DNA from: Limisphaerales bacterium
GTDB taxonomy: Bacteria > Verrucomicrobiota > Verrucomicrobiia > Limisphaerales > SIBE01
Assembly: GCA_044225505.1 (NCBI GenBank)
Contig: JBGAIN010000049.1
Coordinates: 1-45,388 of the forward strand
Reading direction: 5' to 3'
Length of the DNA: 45,388 nt
The position numbers and the translations under genes are program-made. Numbering within the stretch: position 1 is the first letter of the stretch; each line of letters opens with the position of its first letter. Shown piece after piece: positions 45,123-45,388 of the stretch. The notes under the pieces were generated by a model. The model was not told the origin of the DNA. It did not search any database and saw nothing but the letters and a program-made list of their open reading frames with translations.

Positions 45123-45388
45123 TTATTGGTTCCCGGCCTTGTTAATCTCGTCCCAGGGGGGTGCAGTCCAAATGTGCAGTTGGTGTGTGGAATTTAGGGA
45201 ACCCAACGCGTTGCCATCAGGCGCAAACGCTGTCACATAGAATACTGATCCTGGCCCTTCCAAGGTGAGGACTTCCTGTTGACTGCCCAGATCCCAGAGT
45301 TTGATGGCTTCCTGGCCGCTGCTTCCCGCGGCCAAACGCCGGCCGTCCGGAGAGAACGCGACCGAATGAATGCCGAGCAGCACCCCGC
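45123..45388 (-). CDS. C-terminal end of a WD40-repeat protein (partial)
   Basis: IHSVAFSPDGRRLAAGS..IKLWD, AFAPDGNAL..HIWTAPPWDEI. Confidence 0.9.
   Translation of the reverse strand, partial: GVLLGIHSVAFSPDGRRLAAGSSGQEAIKLWDLGSQQEVLTLEGPGSVFYVTAFAPDGNALGSLNSTHQLHIWTAPPWDEINKAGNQ

Overview
A bacterial chromosomal segment, very likely Verrucomicrobiota (Pedosphaerales/Limisphaerales-like). This is inferred from PEP-CTERM/VPDSG-CTERM proteins, a GFTLIELLVV prepilin-like protein and C-terminally extended ECF sigma factors. The centrepiece (about 13.5-27.5 kb) is a nickel-acquisition island: NikR, a ZnuABC-type ABC transporter with an unusual Cys/His binding protein, a TonB-dependent receptor with its own TonB-ExbB-ExbD, and two HupE/UreJ proteins. 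Three 28-bp NikR-like operators also appear to place an uncharacterised secreted protein, a methyltransferase, a prepilin-like protein and possibly a deoxyhypusine-synthase-like enzyme in the regulon. The receptor is preceded by a His-rich leader ORF ending in RGPP, a candidate metal-sensing ribosome-arrest peptide (CruR/DUF2946-like but without CxxC). Other signals: a ~60-aa '..W..RFYR' beta-rich module recurring in five unrelated exported proteins (candidate sorting domain), twin 48-bp palindromes bracketing a non-coding segment with 11-bp periodic repeats, a disrupted PEP-CTERM gene, an HzsA-like haem protein, a heavy-metal two-component operon, a standalone LigD polymerase and two unannotated microproteins. 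No rRNA, tRNA, CRISPR array or transposase was recognised. All family calls are by eye; no database searches were run.
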